Positions 26,570 through 36,885 are shown, counted from the first letter of the stretch. The stretch is DNA of 41,526 bases from an uncultured Candidatus Saccharibacteria bacterium (GCA_964518465.1 CAZFGY010000002.1:1-41526); one strand, 5' to 3'. Notes: a model not told the origin generated them from the letters alone. Made by a program: numbers and translations.

Positions 26570-27431
26570 AGGGCTGTGGCGGGACTTTCTTCACGCCGTC
26601 GGTATTGCGTGGTTTGTAGTAATGGGGCTTTGGGTGAGAAGTATGGTTGGCGTGCTCGGATTTAACGAAAGGTTGAGCTTGGAGCTTCTCATTAGATTTG
26701 TTCGCGTCGCTCGAGGATTTATTGTCAGCATGAGAAGGTTCCGCAAGAGTCTCATTCTCGTCGACAACGACGGTTTTGATATGCGGCAAAACAACGTACT
26801 TAGCTAGTTTACCGCTCGCCACAAAGTCGGCAAACATTAATAGATAACCAAGAAGGAGATTGATAGCGCTGCCAAAAAGAAGCCATTCCAGGAGCATGAG
26901 CGGACTGGATTCGCCGAGGTTCAAAAATGGTAAAGGATAGAGCAGCAGTGTGTCTTTCGGGAGTAGCTCACTGCTAAATAAAATTGCTGCAATATAAATT
27001 GTGGGGCAAGCAAGCCAGTATAGAGGCTCGATCACGCGCCAGCTGCCTTTCTTTGCAAAGAGCGCCCAGTCTAATAGTACTAACACGGGTAAAATAAAGT
27101 ACACTAAGGCAGCATTAACGCCGGCCAAGCCGGGCAGATCGCTGCCCGAGGCGTGGTAGATGATGACAAAAATGCATAAGGTCGCATACGAGACAATAAT
27201 CGCCCCGTCGAGCATGGGGCAAGGTATATTTTCGGGCGGTCGTTTGCGATCCAACACTAAAATCAGTGCGGTAATAAGAAAATAAAGTGCTGAAACGAGC
27301 AAAAGACTTGTAGAAAAAAGACGCCAGGCAGAAGCGCCAAATTGTAAAAGTGAAACCCAAAAAAGACTGAGTGACAGAACTCCGAGGAATAGTTTGTAGA
27401 GGGACGAGATGAGACGATGCTGAATATACAT
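26550..27431 (-). CDS. Integral membrane protein (Pr6Pr/FAR-17a-like)
   Basis: About 6 TM segments, ILPVLVLLDW, YPLPFLN and a polar tail. Confidence 0.65.
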   Translation of the reverse strand: MYIQHRLISSLYKLFLGVLSLSLFWVSLLQFGASAWRLFSTSLLLVSALYFLITALILVLDRKRPPENIPCPMLDGAIIVSYATLCIFVIIYHASGSDLPGLAGVNAALVYFILPVLVLLDWALFAKKGSWRVIEPLYWLACPTIYIAAILFSSELLPKDTLLLYPLPFLNLGESSPLMLLEWLLFGSAINLLLGYLLMFADFVASGKLAKYVVLPHIKTVVVDENETLAEPSHADNKSSSDANKSNEKLQAQPFVKSEHANHTSHPKPHYYKPRNTDGVKKVPPQPSKPKEN

Positions 27432-27450
27432 GAGTATATTATAGCGCTAT

Positions 27451-27867
27451 CTAGGTGGACTGGCAATCTTTCGACGAATGAGTGTCAAGATAAGATTGGA
27501 TTGCAGCGGCAAGAGCTTCGTGCCCTAATACAGAACAATGAAATTTGTGTTTAGGTAATCCGCCTAGGAATTCAGCAATTTCGTCGGGGCCGATTTTGAG
27601 AGCTTCGTCAAGCGTGCGGCCTTTGGCAAGTTCGGAGAGCGCGGATGTCGAAGCGATGGCACTAGCACAGCCGTAAGTTTTCCATTTAATGTCGGCAATG
27701 AGACCGTCTTGGACCCGAATAAACATTTTCATTTGGTCACCACAGATAGGATTACCAACCATTCCTACCGCGTCGTGAGGATATTGCGATTCGTCTCCCA
27801 TCAGGAAATTGCGTGGGCTCAGGAAATGTTCCTTAACGATCTCAGTATAAACCCAGGTTTGTTCCAT
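27451..27867 (-). CDS. iscU: Fe-S cluster scaffold IscU/NifU-like
   Basis: HFLSPRN, GNPICGD, GCASAIAS and KFHCS. Confidence 0.92.
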   Translation of the reverse strand: MEQTWVYTEIVKEHFLSPRNFLMGDESQYPHDAVGMVGNPICGDQMKMFIRVQDGLIADIKWKTYGCASAIASTSALSELAKGRTLDEALKIGPDEIAEFLGGLPKHKFHCSVLGHEALAAAIQSYLDTHSSKDCQST

Positions 27868-28994
27868 TATTTGTCTCCTACTTTAACGGTACTAATTCCC
27901 TGCAGGCGCTTGATGATACCAGGCAAAACTTGCATGATTTGATCTATATCTTGTTTAGTAGTTTCAAGGCCGAGCGAAAAGCGAATACTGCTGTGCGCGA
28001 CTTCGGCGTCACCGCGCGTAGCCATGAGGACATGGCTAGGTCGGATGTCGCCAGCCGCGCAAGCAGAACCAGTGCCAGCGGCAATAGCTTCGGCGTCGAG
28101 GTAGAGTTGAATTGATTCACCCTCGGCAGCTTTAAAACTGGCATTTAAAAGATTCGGCAGACCCCCTTCCGTAGGACTGTTGATGCTACTATAAGGGATT
28201 TCTGATAAAATACGCTGAGCGAGTTGGTCTCGAAGTGGCTTGATTTTTTCGGCATATTGTTGCCAGCTTTGATTATCATGGCACCATTTTGCGGCTTCAC
28301 CAAAGCCGGCAATGGCAAATACATTGCTGGTACCGGCGCGACGGCGGTTTTCTTGATGACCGCCGTAGATGAGCGGCACAAAAGGAGCACCCTTCTTCAC
28401 ATAGAGTAGTCCAACACCAAGAGGCCCACCAATTTTGTGAGCGCTTGCCGTTAGGTAATCAACGCCTAATTCCTTAACATCGATTTTGATTTTTCCTAGA
28501 GCTTGAGTAGCGTCGGTATGCACAAAAATGTTGTAATTTTTACAACGTTCTACAATCTCCTGGATTGGTTCGAGAGTTCCAAGCTCATTATTTGCCATCA
28601 TAACAGAGATTAATTGTGCGCTTGTAGGGATCTGGTCCGAATGAACCCTGCCCCATACGTCTACAGGAAGAATACTGAGCTGATTAGTGCGGGCTTTCGC
28701 GGCTTCTAGTATGGATGGATGCTCGATACTACTGACGGCAATGGCTTGACCCGCAAAGCAATTGATGACAGTATTATTGCTTTCGCTACCACCAGATGTG
28801 AAAATAATTTCTTCAGGATCAGCATTGATTAATGTTGCGGCTGCTTCGCGAGCGGTTTCTAGGAGCTGCTTTGCACGTTGACCTGGGGAGTGCAAAGCCG
28901 AGGCATTACCTAGCTCTAAATCAATAATCTCTCTTAGCTTAGCTTTGACACACGTTAGCAGCGGAGAGGTGGCGGCATGGTCGAAATAAATCAT
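27867..28994 (-). CDS. iscS: Cysteine desulfurase IscS/NifS
   Basis: YFDHAATSP, FTSGGSESNN, SAHKIGGP and GSAC. Confidence 0.93.
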   Translation of the reverse strand: MIYFDHAATSPLLTCVKAKLREIIDLELGNASALHSPGQRAKQLLETAREAAATLINADPEEIIFTSGGSESNNTVINCFAGQAIAVSSIEHPSILEAAKARTNQLSILPVDVWGRVHSDQIPTSAQLISVMMANNELGTLEPIQEIVERCKNYNIFVHTDATQALGKIKIDVKELGVDYLTASAHKIGGPLGVGLLYVKKGAPFVPLIYGGHQENRRRAGTSNVFAIAGFGEAAKWCHDNQSWQQYAEKIKPLRDQLAQRILSEIPYSSINSPTEGGLPNLLNASFKAAEGESIQLYLDAEAIAAGTGSACAAGDIRPSHVLMATRGDAEVAHSSIRFSLGLETTKQDIDQIMQVLPGIIKRLQGISTVKVGDK

Positions 28995-29473
28995 GCCGCC
29001 CTCGTGTACTCAGACATTGTGTACTGAATGCCATCGAGTTCGCCTTGCTGCAGAATCTTGCGAGTAAATTTGTTCCTATCGAAAGTTGGGAAAAAAGTAT
29101 CGGCAGGCTTCGTAGCAGCGACTTCAGTCAAATAGAGCTTATCAACCAGATCAAGATAAGATTTATAAAGCATCGCTCCGCCAATAATGAATTTTTCTCC
29201 TGGAAGGGTGTCTAGATATTGATCAAGTGCGTCACGATCATGAAAAACACGAGCTCCTGCCACTTCCAATGGTTCGTGAGAAAGAATAATGTTTTCGCGA
29301 CCGGGCAAAATTTTGCCAATTGAGTTAAAAGTGCGAGCGCCCATCACTACAGGATGATGCATAGTAGTATCACGGAAAAATTGCATATCGGGCTTGAAAG
29401 ACCAGAGCAACTTACCACGGTAACCGATGCCGAGGTCTTGACTGATGCAGGCGATCATTGATAGGTTTTTCAT
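28991..29473 (-). CDS. folA: Dihydrofolate reductase
   Basis: GIG..G.LLW...DM.FFR, VVMGART, LPGREN, IIGG and ADTFFP. Confidence 0.92.
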   Translation of the reverse strand: MKNLSMIACISQDLGIGYRGKLLWSFKPDMQFFRDTTMHHPVVMGARTFNSIGKILPGRENIILSHEPLEVAGARVFHDRDALDQYLDTLPGEKFIIGGAMLYKSYLDLVDKLYLTEVAATKPADTFFPTFDRNKFTRKILQQGELDGIQYTMSEYTRAA

Positions 29474-29967
29474 TATTCTGCCCTCAAAATTCTTCCGGTA
29501 CCGTGCTCTAAATGCAACAGACGTTGATTGCGCGAGCCGCGGAATTTCAAAGTTAAATCACGTTCGGCGAGGATAAATGGTCCGTCAATAAGTGCGTCGA
29601 GGCTTCTGAGGAAAGCTTTGGCTGGCTCGTCCATTTTCGTCATGATGTACTCGTAGGTAAAGCCTGAGAAAGACCAGACGTTCCAGCCGAGTTCTTTTCG
29701 GCACCAGTTGGAGATTTCGAGGCAAGCTTCGGGCTGGACAAAGGGCTCGCCCCCACAGAAAGTAATGCCAGCTTGCCCGCGAAATTCTCGTAATTTAGCC
29801 TTTACTTCATCGATATCGACTAAAACTCCACCGTTAAAGTCCCAGGTCTCAGGGTTTTGACAACCGGGGCAGTGGTTTGGACAACCTTGTGTCCAAAGCA
29901 CCGCACGCAAACCGTATCCGTTGACGATATTATCGTGTTCTAAGGGACCGGAGAGCCGAATTTTCAT
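29473..29967 (-). CDS. nrdG: Anaerobic ribonucleotide reductase activating enzyme (radical SAM)
   Basis: GCPNHCPGCQN, GGEP, DGPF and FRGSRNQR. Confidence 0.95.
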   Translation of the reverse strand: MKIRLSGPLEHDNIVNGYGLRAVLWTQGCPNHCPGCQNPETWDFNGGVLVDIDEVKAKLREFRGQAGITFCGGEPFVQPEACLEISNWCRKELGWNVWSFSGFTYEYIMTKMDEPAKAFLRSLDALIDGPFILAERDLTLKFRGSRNQRLLHLEHGTGRILRAE

Positions 29968-32312
29968 TACATTTTCCCTGTCATGGAAGCTTGCTCACTT
30001 TTAGCAGCCTCACGAGCACGTTTTTCGTCGGTATTATAGACGCCTGCGACGTTATGCTTCACGCGATCACGCTCCTCAGCTTTCTTGCCATCGTTCCAGC
30101 GCTCGAGGCTACCGACGAGATAACCAGTGATGCGGCGGAGACGTTCAAAGGCAACGTCACCTTCTTCACGGCCACAAGCTGGGCAACGAGTACCAGAAAT
30201 GATGCCAGAATAGCCACAGACTGGGTCGCGGTCGACAGGGTGATTGACAGAGCCGTAGCCGATGCCAGACTCCTTCATTTTGCGAATCACAGCCTCGAAA
30301 GCTTCGATATTCTGAGTAGGATCGCCGTCGAGTTCGATGTAAGTGATGTGACCGGCATTACAAAGGGCGTGGTAGGGAGCTTCGATCTCAATCTTTTCAA
30401 AAGCGGAGATGGGATAATAAACCGGGACGTGGAAGGAGTTGGTGTAATACTCGCGGTCAGTCACGCCAGGAATGACGCCATATTCCTTTTTATCGATTTT
30501 GGTGAAGCGGCCCGCAATACCTTCAGCTGGAGTAGCGAGTAGGCTGAAGTTGAGATGATATTTCTTGGCGTAGTCATCACAGCGCTCGCGCATATGTGTA
30601 ATGATGTCGAGACCGAGCTCGCGAGATTCTTCGTCTTCGCCGTGATGTTTGCCGGTCATAGCAACTAAGCATTCTGCCAGGCCGATGAAGCCGATACTAA
30701 GGGTACCGTGCTTGATAACGTCGCGCAAGGTGTCGTTTGGCCCAAGTTTTTCGCTGCCAAACCAGTTGCCTTGGCCCATCAAGAATGGGAAGTTGCGCAC
30801 ATGTTGATTGGCTTGGAATTCGAAGCGCTCGAGCAGCTCTGCGGCGATTAGGTCCATCTTTTCGTCAAGTTCGTGGTAGAATCCGGACCAATCGGCTTCT
30901 TTACGTTCACCGAGGCAGATACCATATTTGATACCAAGGCGTACGAGGTTGAGCGTGGTGAAGCTGAGGTTGCCACGGCCGGTAGTAATACCATCGGATT
31001 CTGGGAAAACGCTGCTGTAGACACGAGTGCGGCAGCCCATGGTCGCGATCTCGGTGCGATAATCGCCAGGTTTGTAGTTTTTGAGATTGAATGGCGCGTC
31101 GATAAAGACGAAGTTCGGGAAGAGGCGCTTGGCGGAGACTTCCATGCTGCGTTTGAAGAGATCGTAGTTGGGATCTTCAGGATTATAGTTAACGCCTTCT
31201 TTGACTTTGAAAATTGAAATTGGGAAAATTGGCGTTTCGCCATGGCCAAGACCAGCATCCGTAGCGTCAAGCAGTGATTTACTAATCAAACGACCAGCTG
31301 GAGTGGTGTCAGTACCAAAGTTGATCGAGGTGAATGGAACCTGAGCGCCAGCGCGAGAATGCATGGTGTTAAGATTATGGATGAAGCCTTCCATAGCTTG
31401 GAAAGTCTGTTTTTCAACATCATCATTAGCGTCTTCGATAACACGCTCAGGGAGACCCATTTCCTTGAGTTTCTCGATGTCTTTGCCGTATTCAATATCG
31501 TCAGGGATCTCAATTTTTAAATCATTGTCGGTGAAATCATTGTATTTCTTCAAATTACTCTTCAAGGCTTTGCGGAAGCTTTTGTTGACACCCGGGGCCA
31601 TAGCATAGTCGAAATTTGGAATTGACTGGCCACCGTGCTGCTCGTTTTGGTTAGCTTGAAGAATGATGGCGGCGAGAGCACCGTAGCTGCCGATGCTATT
31701 CGGAGTGCGGAGATGACCATGCCCAGTGTTGAAACCGCCGTTTTCGAAGAGGCGGAAGGGGTCAGTCTGGCAACAAGTTAAGGTGCCGGTAGCGTAGAAG
31801 TCAAGATCGTGAACATGAATGTCGCCGTTATCATGTGCAGCGGCAAATTCGGGACGCATGAGCAAGGACTTAGTAAAGATTTTCGAACCTTCGGCGCCGA
31901 ACTGGAGCATTTTACCCATAGCGGAGTTGCCATCAACATTGGCGTTGCCGCGCTTGACGTCGGAGTCTTCTGAAGCATCGGCGACAGCGATCGTCTTATA
32001 AATGTTCATCAAATTACTTTTTGCCTCGCGGACGCGATTGCGCTCCTGGCGGTAGGTGATGTATTCCTTGGCAGTGCGTTTGAAGGCTGATTCCATCAAA
32101 ATCTGCTCAACGATGTCTTGGATCTGCTCGACGCTCGGTACGCGTTGTTTGATGGTTTCTTCAGCACGGCGTACAGCCTTCTCGGCGAGCTGCTTGGCGC
32201 GATCATATTTAAACTCTTCGGTAACAAGCCCGGCTTTAGCAATTGCTTCGGTAATCTTCTGCGGTTCGAAGCTTACAACTTTGCCATCACGCTTAATAAT
32301 TTTTTTGAACAT
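29967..32312 (-). CDS. nrdD: Class III anaerobic ribonucleoside-triphosphate reductase with an N-terminal ATP cone
   Basis: IIKRDG ATP cone, TCC, MGCR, ATPAEG, YYTNS, Zn site and glycyl-radical loop RITGYL. Confidence 0.97.
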   Translation of the reverse strand: MFKKIIKRDGKVVSFEPQKITEAIAKAGLVTEEFKYDRAKQLAEKAVRRAEETIKQRVPSVEQIQDIVEQILMESAFKRTAKEYITYRQERNRVREAKSNLMNIYKTIAVADASEDSDVKRGNANVDGNSAMGKMLQFGAEGSKIFTKSLLMRPEFAAAHDNGDIHVHDLDFYATGTLTCCQTDPFRLFENGGFNTGHGHLRTPNSIGSYGALAAIILQANQNEQHGGQSIPNFDYAMAPGVNKSFRKALKSNLKKYNDFTDNDLKIEIPDDIEYGKDIEKLKEMGLPERVIEDANDDVEKQTFQAMEGFIHNLNTMHSRAGAQVPFTSINFGTDTTPAGRLISKSLLDATDAGLGHGETPIFPISIFKVKEGVNYNPEDPNYDLFKRSMEVSAKRLFPNFVFIDAPFNLKNYKPGDYRTEIATMGCRTRVYSSVFPESDGITTGRGNLSFTTLNLVRLGIKYGICLGERKEADWSGFYHELDEKMDLIAAELLERFEFQANQHVRNFPFLMGQGNWFGSEKLGPNDTLRDVIKHGTLSIGFIGLAECLVAMTGKHHGEDEESRELGLDIITHMRERCDDYAKKYHLNFSLLATPAEGIAGRFTKIDKKEYGVIPGVTDREYYTNSFHVPVYYPISAFEKIEIEAPYHALCNAGHITYIELDGDPTQNIEAFEAVIRKMKESGIGYGSVNHPVDRDPVCGYSGIISGTRCPACGREEGDVAFERLRRITGYLVGSLERWNDGKKAEERDRVKHNVAGVYNTDEKRAREAAKSEQASMTGKM

Positions 32313-32381
32313 AAAAAATACCTCCTAGTTGTTTATACTATGTTTATTTTTTGAATTATTGGCTTATTTTATTATTCCCTG

Positions 32382-32430
32382 ACACCATATCTAGTGTCTT
32401 ATGACTATTTTAAGACACTATATATAGCGT
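32382..32430. promoter_or_regulatory. Tandem NrdR boxes upstream of nrdD
   Basis: ACACCATATCTAGTGT (32382-32397) and ACACTATATATAGCGT (32415-32430) match the consensus acaCwAtATaTwGtgt and start 33 bp apart. Confidence 0.88.
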
Positions 32431-32440
32431 GTCAATATAA

Positions 32441-32467
32441 AAAGTGTTGTAAAAACTACAACACTTT
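32441..32467. repeat. AT-rich palindrome, copy 2
   Basis: AAAGTGTTGTA-aaaac-TACAACACTTT, one mismatch to the 25085 copy over the shared span. Confidence 0.75.
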
Positions 32468-32506
32468 ACAGAGGTAAATAGATGAAAAAACTTTTTATGT
32501 TTGTAA

Positions 32507-35044
32507 TTATTTTTTGTTAATAAGTAATTTGTATAATTCGAAGACGGTAAATGGAATAAAGAAATTGAGCAAAACTGTCAGAATCAGGGCGAAGAACGGG
32601 ACGGGAACGACATTGACGACGTTTGAAAGTGGTCCAAAGAGCGCCAGAAGTTGCAATATGATTGCCGCAATCAGAGCGAAAAGAAAACTGTTATGCTTAA
32701 CTTTGAGGCGTTTTAGAGCCGGTTCGTAGATGCCACGAGCAGAAAAGGCGCTAGCCCACTGCATAACTACGAGGGCGGTGAAGGCGAGTGTATTGGCCTG
32801 GGCCGGGTCGCCGAGAAGAGCAGTGGCGATATAATAAGTCGAAAGCGTGCCCGCCGCCATGGTAAACGCGATCATGGCCATCCGTCCAATTAGAGACATG
32901 GAGAGGATGGGCGCGTCCTTCGCTTCGGGCTTTTGGCGCAGGATTTTTTGCTCGGGCGGTTCAAGACCAATTGGAATGACCATTAGAGAGTCGGTGACAA
33001 GGTTAATCCAAAGAATTTGGATGGGCGTGAGCAACTGGCTACCCGAGAAAATCAAAGCGCCGAGCATCGTGAGAGCTTCGCCCGCGTTAGTTGCCAGCAG
33101 ATAGCCTAGCATGCGACGGATGTTGGCGAGCACGGTACGACTTTCCTTAATTGCTTCAGTGATATTGCGGAAATTATTGTCGAGCAGCACAATATCACCG
33201 GCGTCCTGGACAATTGACGGACTATCACCCATGGCAATGCCGACGTGGGCACCGACAAGGGCCGGTACATCATTGACGCCATCACCGGTCATAGCACAAA
33301 TCTCGGTGGTCTTGATGGCATTGAGAATGCGATATTTATCTTCTGGAGTGACTCGAGCAAAGATCGTGGTAGTTTTGACTAGCTCGTTGAGATCATCATC
33401 ACTGATGTTGCCCAGTTTAGAACAGTCGAGCACTTGCGAAAAATCATTGGCCAAACCCAGCTCGCGGCCAATCACGTAGGCTGTGCCAGCATGATCGCCC
33501 GTCACCATCTTAGTCTTGACGCCCATGCGAGCAGATTGACGAATGGCGGCTGGAGCTTCTTTGCGCAAAGCGTCAGCTACCGCAATAAATCCTTCAAAAC
33601 TAAAAATGCTATTCTTATCGAGTCGTGCAAGTTCATTGATTTCGTGATTAATAGTCGCGGTAGCAATGGCAATGACTTTGTAGCCCTTACCGGCTAGTTC
33701 TAATAGCTTGGCGTCGGCAGCATCGCGCTCGGCTTGGCTCAGCTTACTACGTGCCAAAATCGTTTCCGGCGCACCTTTGACCTTGAGCGTCAGTTTCCCT
33801 TCGTTGGAATAAAGATTGCCCGAGAGTTTAATGCTCTGATCGAAGGCATAGAGTTTTAGTGATTCTAACTTAGCAATATGAAAATCCTTCTCCTTGAGAT
33901 AGTCAATGATACAGGCGTCGAGCGGGTCCATGACACCAACCCCGCCGTCGGTATCCATCAAAACCGATTCTAGAAGCGCCGTGCGAGCAAGCGTGTCGAG
34001 AAACTGGCGTTCCGGCTTCGTCGTCCAAATTTCCTTGAGAGCTAAACGGTTCTCGGTCAAAGTACCAGTCTTATCGCTGGCAATCGTCGTAACGATGCCG
34101 ATTGATTCAATAGCTTGGAGCTCTTTAATCAGGGCATTTTTCTTAGCCATACGTTTAGCGCACAAGGCTAGAATGATTGAAATTGCAATCGGTAAGCCCT
34201 CAGGCACAGCCGAAACAATCATCGCCAGAGTAAATTCCAGGGCGTCGAGAATAGCAATACCGTCGACTAGCTGGATGATGAGCACAACGATTGCCAAAAC
34301 AACCACGACTACGGCGATTTGAGCGACGAGTTTATTCATTTTGGTCTGAATCGGGCTTTCTTCACCAAGAGAGGAAGCTAGTGAAGCAATACGGCCATAT
34401 TCGGTAGCATTACCAGTCGCCGTGACGACGAACTTGGCAGAGCCAGTAATGACAAACGACCCAGCAAAGACCATGTTGCGTTGCTCGTAAACTTTGCGGG
34501 CGCCCGAAATTGCCTTAGCGTCCTTAGCAATCGGGTCCGATTCACCGGTGAGCATAGACTCGTTGGAAAGTAGACCAGATTCCAAAATAATCCGTCCATC
34601 GGCCGGAATTCGGTCACCCTCGCGTAAAATCACAACATCGCCAGGTACCAATTCGGTGGACTGGAGCGCCTGTTCTTCCCCGTCGCGTAGAACCGTGATC
34701 ATCTGAATAGTGCTATTTTTCAGGGATTGAAGAATTTTTTCGGTCGAAAAACGCTGAATATAATATATGATGGCATCAACAGCGATAATAACAGCGATAG
34801 CAATAGTCTCGATCCAGTTTTGCTGTACGGCAGAAAGAACCAGCGCAATGAGCAAAATGACCATGAAGATATCCAAGAAGGGCTCGAGGAGCTTCTTCCA
34901 GAGCGGAGTTTCGACGACTTTTAAGAGATTTTTACCATATTTCGTTTGACGTTTCAGAGCTTCTTTGCTGCTCAAACCAAGGTCAGGATCAACCGCAAAT
35001 TCTGCTAAGACCTCCTTGATCGTACGGTTGTAGAAATTAGCCAT
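32507..35044 (-). CDS. Cation-transporting P-type ATPase (P2-type)
   Basis: LTGES, VPEGL, DKTGTLT, KGAPE, TGDH, TGDGVND and QILWINLVTD. Confidence 0.95.
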   Translation of the reverse strand: MANFYNRTIKEVLAEFAVDPDLGLSSKEALKRQTKYGKNLLKVVETPLWKKLLEPFLDIFMVILLIALVLSAVQQNWIETIAIAVIIAVDAIIYYIQRFSTEKILQSLKNSTIQMITVLRDGEEQALQSTELVPGDVVILREGDRIPADGRIILESGLLSNESMLTGESDPIAKDAKAISGARKVYEQRNMVFAGSFVITGSAKFVVTATGNATEYGRIASLASSLGEESPIQTKMNKLVAQIAVVVVVLAIVVLIIQLVDGIAILDALEFTLAMIVSAVPEGLPIAISIILALCAKRMAKKNALIKELQAIESIGIVTTIASDKTGTLTENRLALKEIWTTKPERQFLDTLARTALLESVLMDTDGGVGVMDPLDACIIDYLKEKDFHIAKLESLKLYAFDQSIKLSGNLYSNEGKLTLKVKGAPETILARSKLSQAERDAADAKLLELAGKGYKVIAIATATINHEINELARLDKNSIFSFEGFIAVADALRKEAPAAIRQSARMGVKTKMVTGDHAGTAYVIGRELGLANDFSQVLDCSKLGNISDDDLNELVKTTTIFARVTPEDKYRILNAIKTTEICAMTGDGVNDVPALVGAHVGIAMGDSPSIVQDAGDIVLLDNNFRNITEAIKESRTVLANIRRMLGYLLATNAGEALTMLGALIFSGSQLLTPIQILWINLVTDSLMVIPIGLEPPEQKILRQKPEAKDAPILSMSLIGRMAMIAFTMAAGTLSTYYIATALLGDPAQANTLAFTALVVMQWASAFSARGIYEPALKRLKVKHNSFLFALIAAIILQLLALFGPLSNVVNVVPVPFFALILTVLLNFFIPFTVFELYKLLINKK

Positions 35045-35076
35045 AAAGCCATTATAACGGGGTAAAAAGGTTTTGT

Positions 35077-36051
35077 CTACTGGTCGTGTGACGAAAGTAC
35101 GCGGGCCTTGTTCCAGCTAGCGACGTCGCTCCAGACCGCCGTCTTGCCAATTTCATTGAGAATTTCATGACGCATGCCTGGATAAAGTTTTGATCTCAGA
35201 TGACGGTAGCCGCGTTCACGCATAAAATTCACGGCTTTTTCAAAATCTTTGGGGCTAATAATACAAGGATCATCCGCGCCAGCAATGAAGAGAATCGGCA
35301 CCTCAGGGTTATGCATTTGCCAACCTTTTTTGCTGTAGGCTCGTTTGAGAAGATTGAAAAGGACAATGAAGCCATTCAAAGTAAAAGTGAAACCGTCGCG
35401 TTCATCAGCATCGTAAGCAGCCACAACGGCTGGGTCGCTGACAATCCAAGAATTCGGGCTAGTGTAGCTATTTTTCGCCGTAGTATTACCATTGGCCAAA
35501 GCGAGACGAGCCGATTTTTGATTGTAATTCGGAAAAGCTAAACGATTGACGAAGTTGCTCCGGTAATGATCGCCGCGGAAGAGCTGAATGGTTTTCGCGA
35601 TCAGGACCGCTAGACTAGCACCAAACCGTTTACTAGGCGAGCCGCAGACGATCAGCCCATCGACGCTTTTATCGTATTCTTGCATATAACAGCGCACAAT
35701 TAGAGATCCCATGCTGTGACCAAACAGAGTTAAAGGTAGCTCGGGAAAGCGCTCGCGGATATAGCCCGTGATTTGGTGGACATCCTTAATAATAGCTTCG
35801 AGACCGTTTTCGTAAAAATAGCCATAATCATCAGTAGATTTGACGCTAGCGCCGTGCCCGCGGTGATCATGAATAATGACAACATAGCCCTGCTCGGCAA
35901 GATAATCCATGAAATCATGATAGCGCTCGCGGTGTTCGGCCATACCGTGAACGAGCTGGATAATGCCGAGCGGATGTTCCGGAATACGTAAACTGACGCC
36001 GAGTTCAAGATCATCCTGACGGCTTTTGAGAGTAAATTCTTCCTTGGTCAT
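35077..36051 (-). CDS. Alpha/beta hydrolase (lysophospholipase/monoacylglycerol lipase-like)
   Basis: HGMAEH, DHRGHG, GHSMG nucleophile and RHEILNE; start ATG 36051 is 6 nt after TATAAT. Confidence 0.9.
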   Translation of the reverse strand: MTKEEFTLKSRQDDLELGVSLRIPEHPLGIIQLVHGMAEHRERYHDFMDYLAEQGYVVIIHDHRGHGASVKSTDDYGYFYENGLEAIIKDVHQITGYIRERFPELPLTLFGHSMGSLIVRCYMQEYDKSVDGLIVCGSPSKRFGASLAVLIAKTIQLFRGDHYRSNFVNRLAFPNYNQKSARLALANGNTTAKNSYTSPNSWIVSDPAVVAAYDADERDGFTFTLNGFIVLFNLLKRAYSKKGWQMHNPEVPILFIAGADDPCIISPKDFEKAVNFMRERGYRHLRSKLYPGMRHEILNEIGKTAVWSDVASWNKARVLSSHDQ

Positions 36052-36122
36052 GGCTATATTATACATGAATCTGGGAAATAGTTCTGCTTGACATTATTGA
36101 ATAAGTGTAGTATAATGGAAGT

Positions 36123-36698
36123 GTGAGTGGCTTTTTGGCTGCTAGCATTATTTTAAGAAGGATGTGGGATACAGTGATGCACAGAAGACAAAGCCTAACT
36201 AAGGAGGCGGGTGGACCTTTCTTGCAACAACTAATGACTAAGTCTGGGCGTAGTCGCTATGCCCCGGATTTCGCCATTACTACAACTCCTGGTGACCTCT
36301 TTGGTGAGCCTATCGTGGCTTTATACTGTTTTCAGGAGCTGTCTAACGCTTTCGGCATCAATTTTGACGGCAGTCGTATTCCCGAAGTAATAGTGGGTAG
36401 TTTTGCCGATGGTCTATTTAAGATCGCCGCTCCAGAGGATATTTTGGAGGCTCCTCATGTCTTACTTAAGGTGAACTGGACAGGAAAGCATAGAGGTAAA
36501 GAAAAATCCCTAGCCAAAGTACTCGGAGCAACACATTTTTATACAACCTGCAATAATCTTTGCACTTCTGGTGTCGATTACTGGATTATGCCAGTATCGA
36601 AAGCTCAACCAAGCGAGGAAGAATTCAAACGCATCTTGGCAGACTTCCAGGACTTGGTGCAAACATTAAATCAAAGCGTTGCTGTCTATATGCGCTAG
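36123..36698 (+). CDS. Hypothetical protein (ORFan-like; the start may be 36162-36177)
   Basis: Promoter TTGACA-17-TATAAT (36088-36116) and terminator at 36718-36746. Confidence 0.65.
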   Translation: MSGFLAASIILRRMWDTVMHRRQSLTKEAGGPFLQQLMTKSGRSRYAPDFAITTTPGDLFGEPIVALYCFQELSNAFGINFDGSRIPEVIVGSFADGLFKIAAPEDILEAPHVLLKVNWTGKHRGKEKSLAKVLGATHFYTTCNNLCTSGVDYWIMPVSKAQPSEEEFKRILADFQDLVQTLNQSVAVYMR

Positions 36699-36717
36699 CA
36701 ACGCTGATGTACTTCTC

Positions 36718-36746
36718 AAAGCCCTCGGCGGAACGCCGGGGGCTTT
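36718..36746. terminator. Bidirectional terminator between the ORFan and tRNA-Leu
   Basis: AAAGCCCTCGGCG-gaa-CGCCGGGGGCTTT. Confidence 0.75.
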
Positions 36747-36768
36747 AACTTATTCATAGTTCATGGTC

Positions 36769-36853
36769 TGGTGCCCGAGACTGGACTTGAACCAGCACGC
36801 CTTGCGGCATATGCTCCTAAGGCATACGTGTATACCAATTTCACCACTCGGGC
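36769..36853 (-). tRNA. tRNA-Leu (anticodon TAG) with encoded CCA
   Basis: GCCCGAGTGGTGAAATTGGTATACACGTATGCCTTAGGAGCATATGCCGCAAGGCGTGCTGGTTCAAGTCCAGTCTCGGGCACCA shows an acceptor stem, long variable arm and GGTTCAAGTCC T-arm. Confidence 0.96.
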
Positions 36854-36885
36854 ATGCTCCGATTGTACCATGTTTTACGGGAAAA

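Noticed and set aside
36123-36853. Integrative element at the tRNA-Leu 3' end
   Set aside because: I saw no integrase and no duplicated tRNA 3' end; only one ORFan is adjacent.
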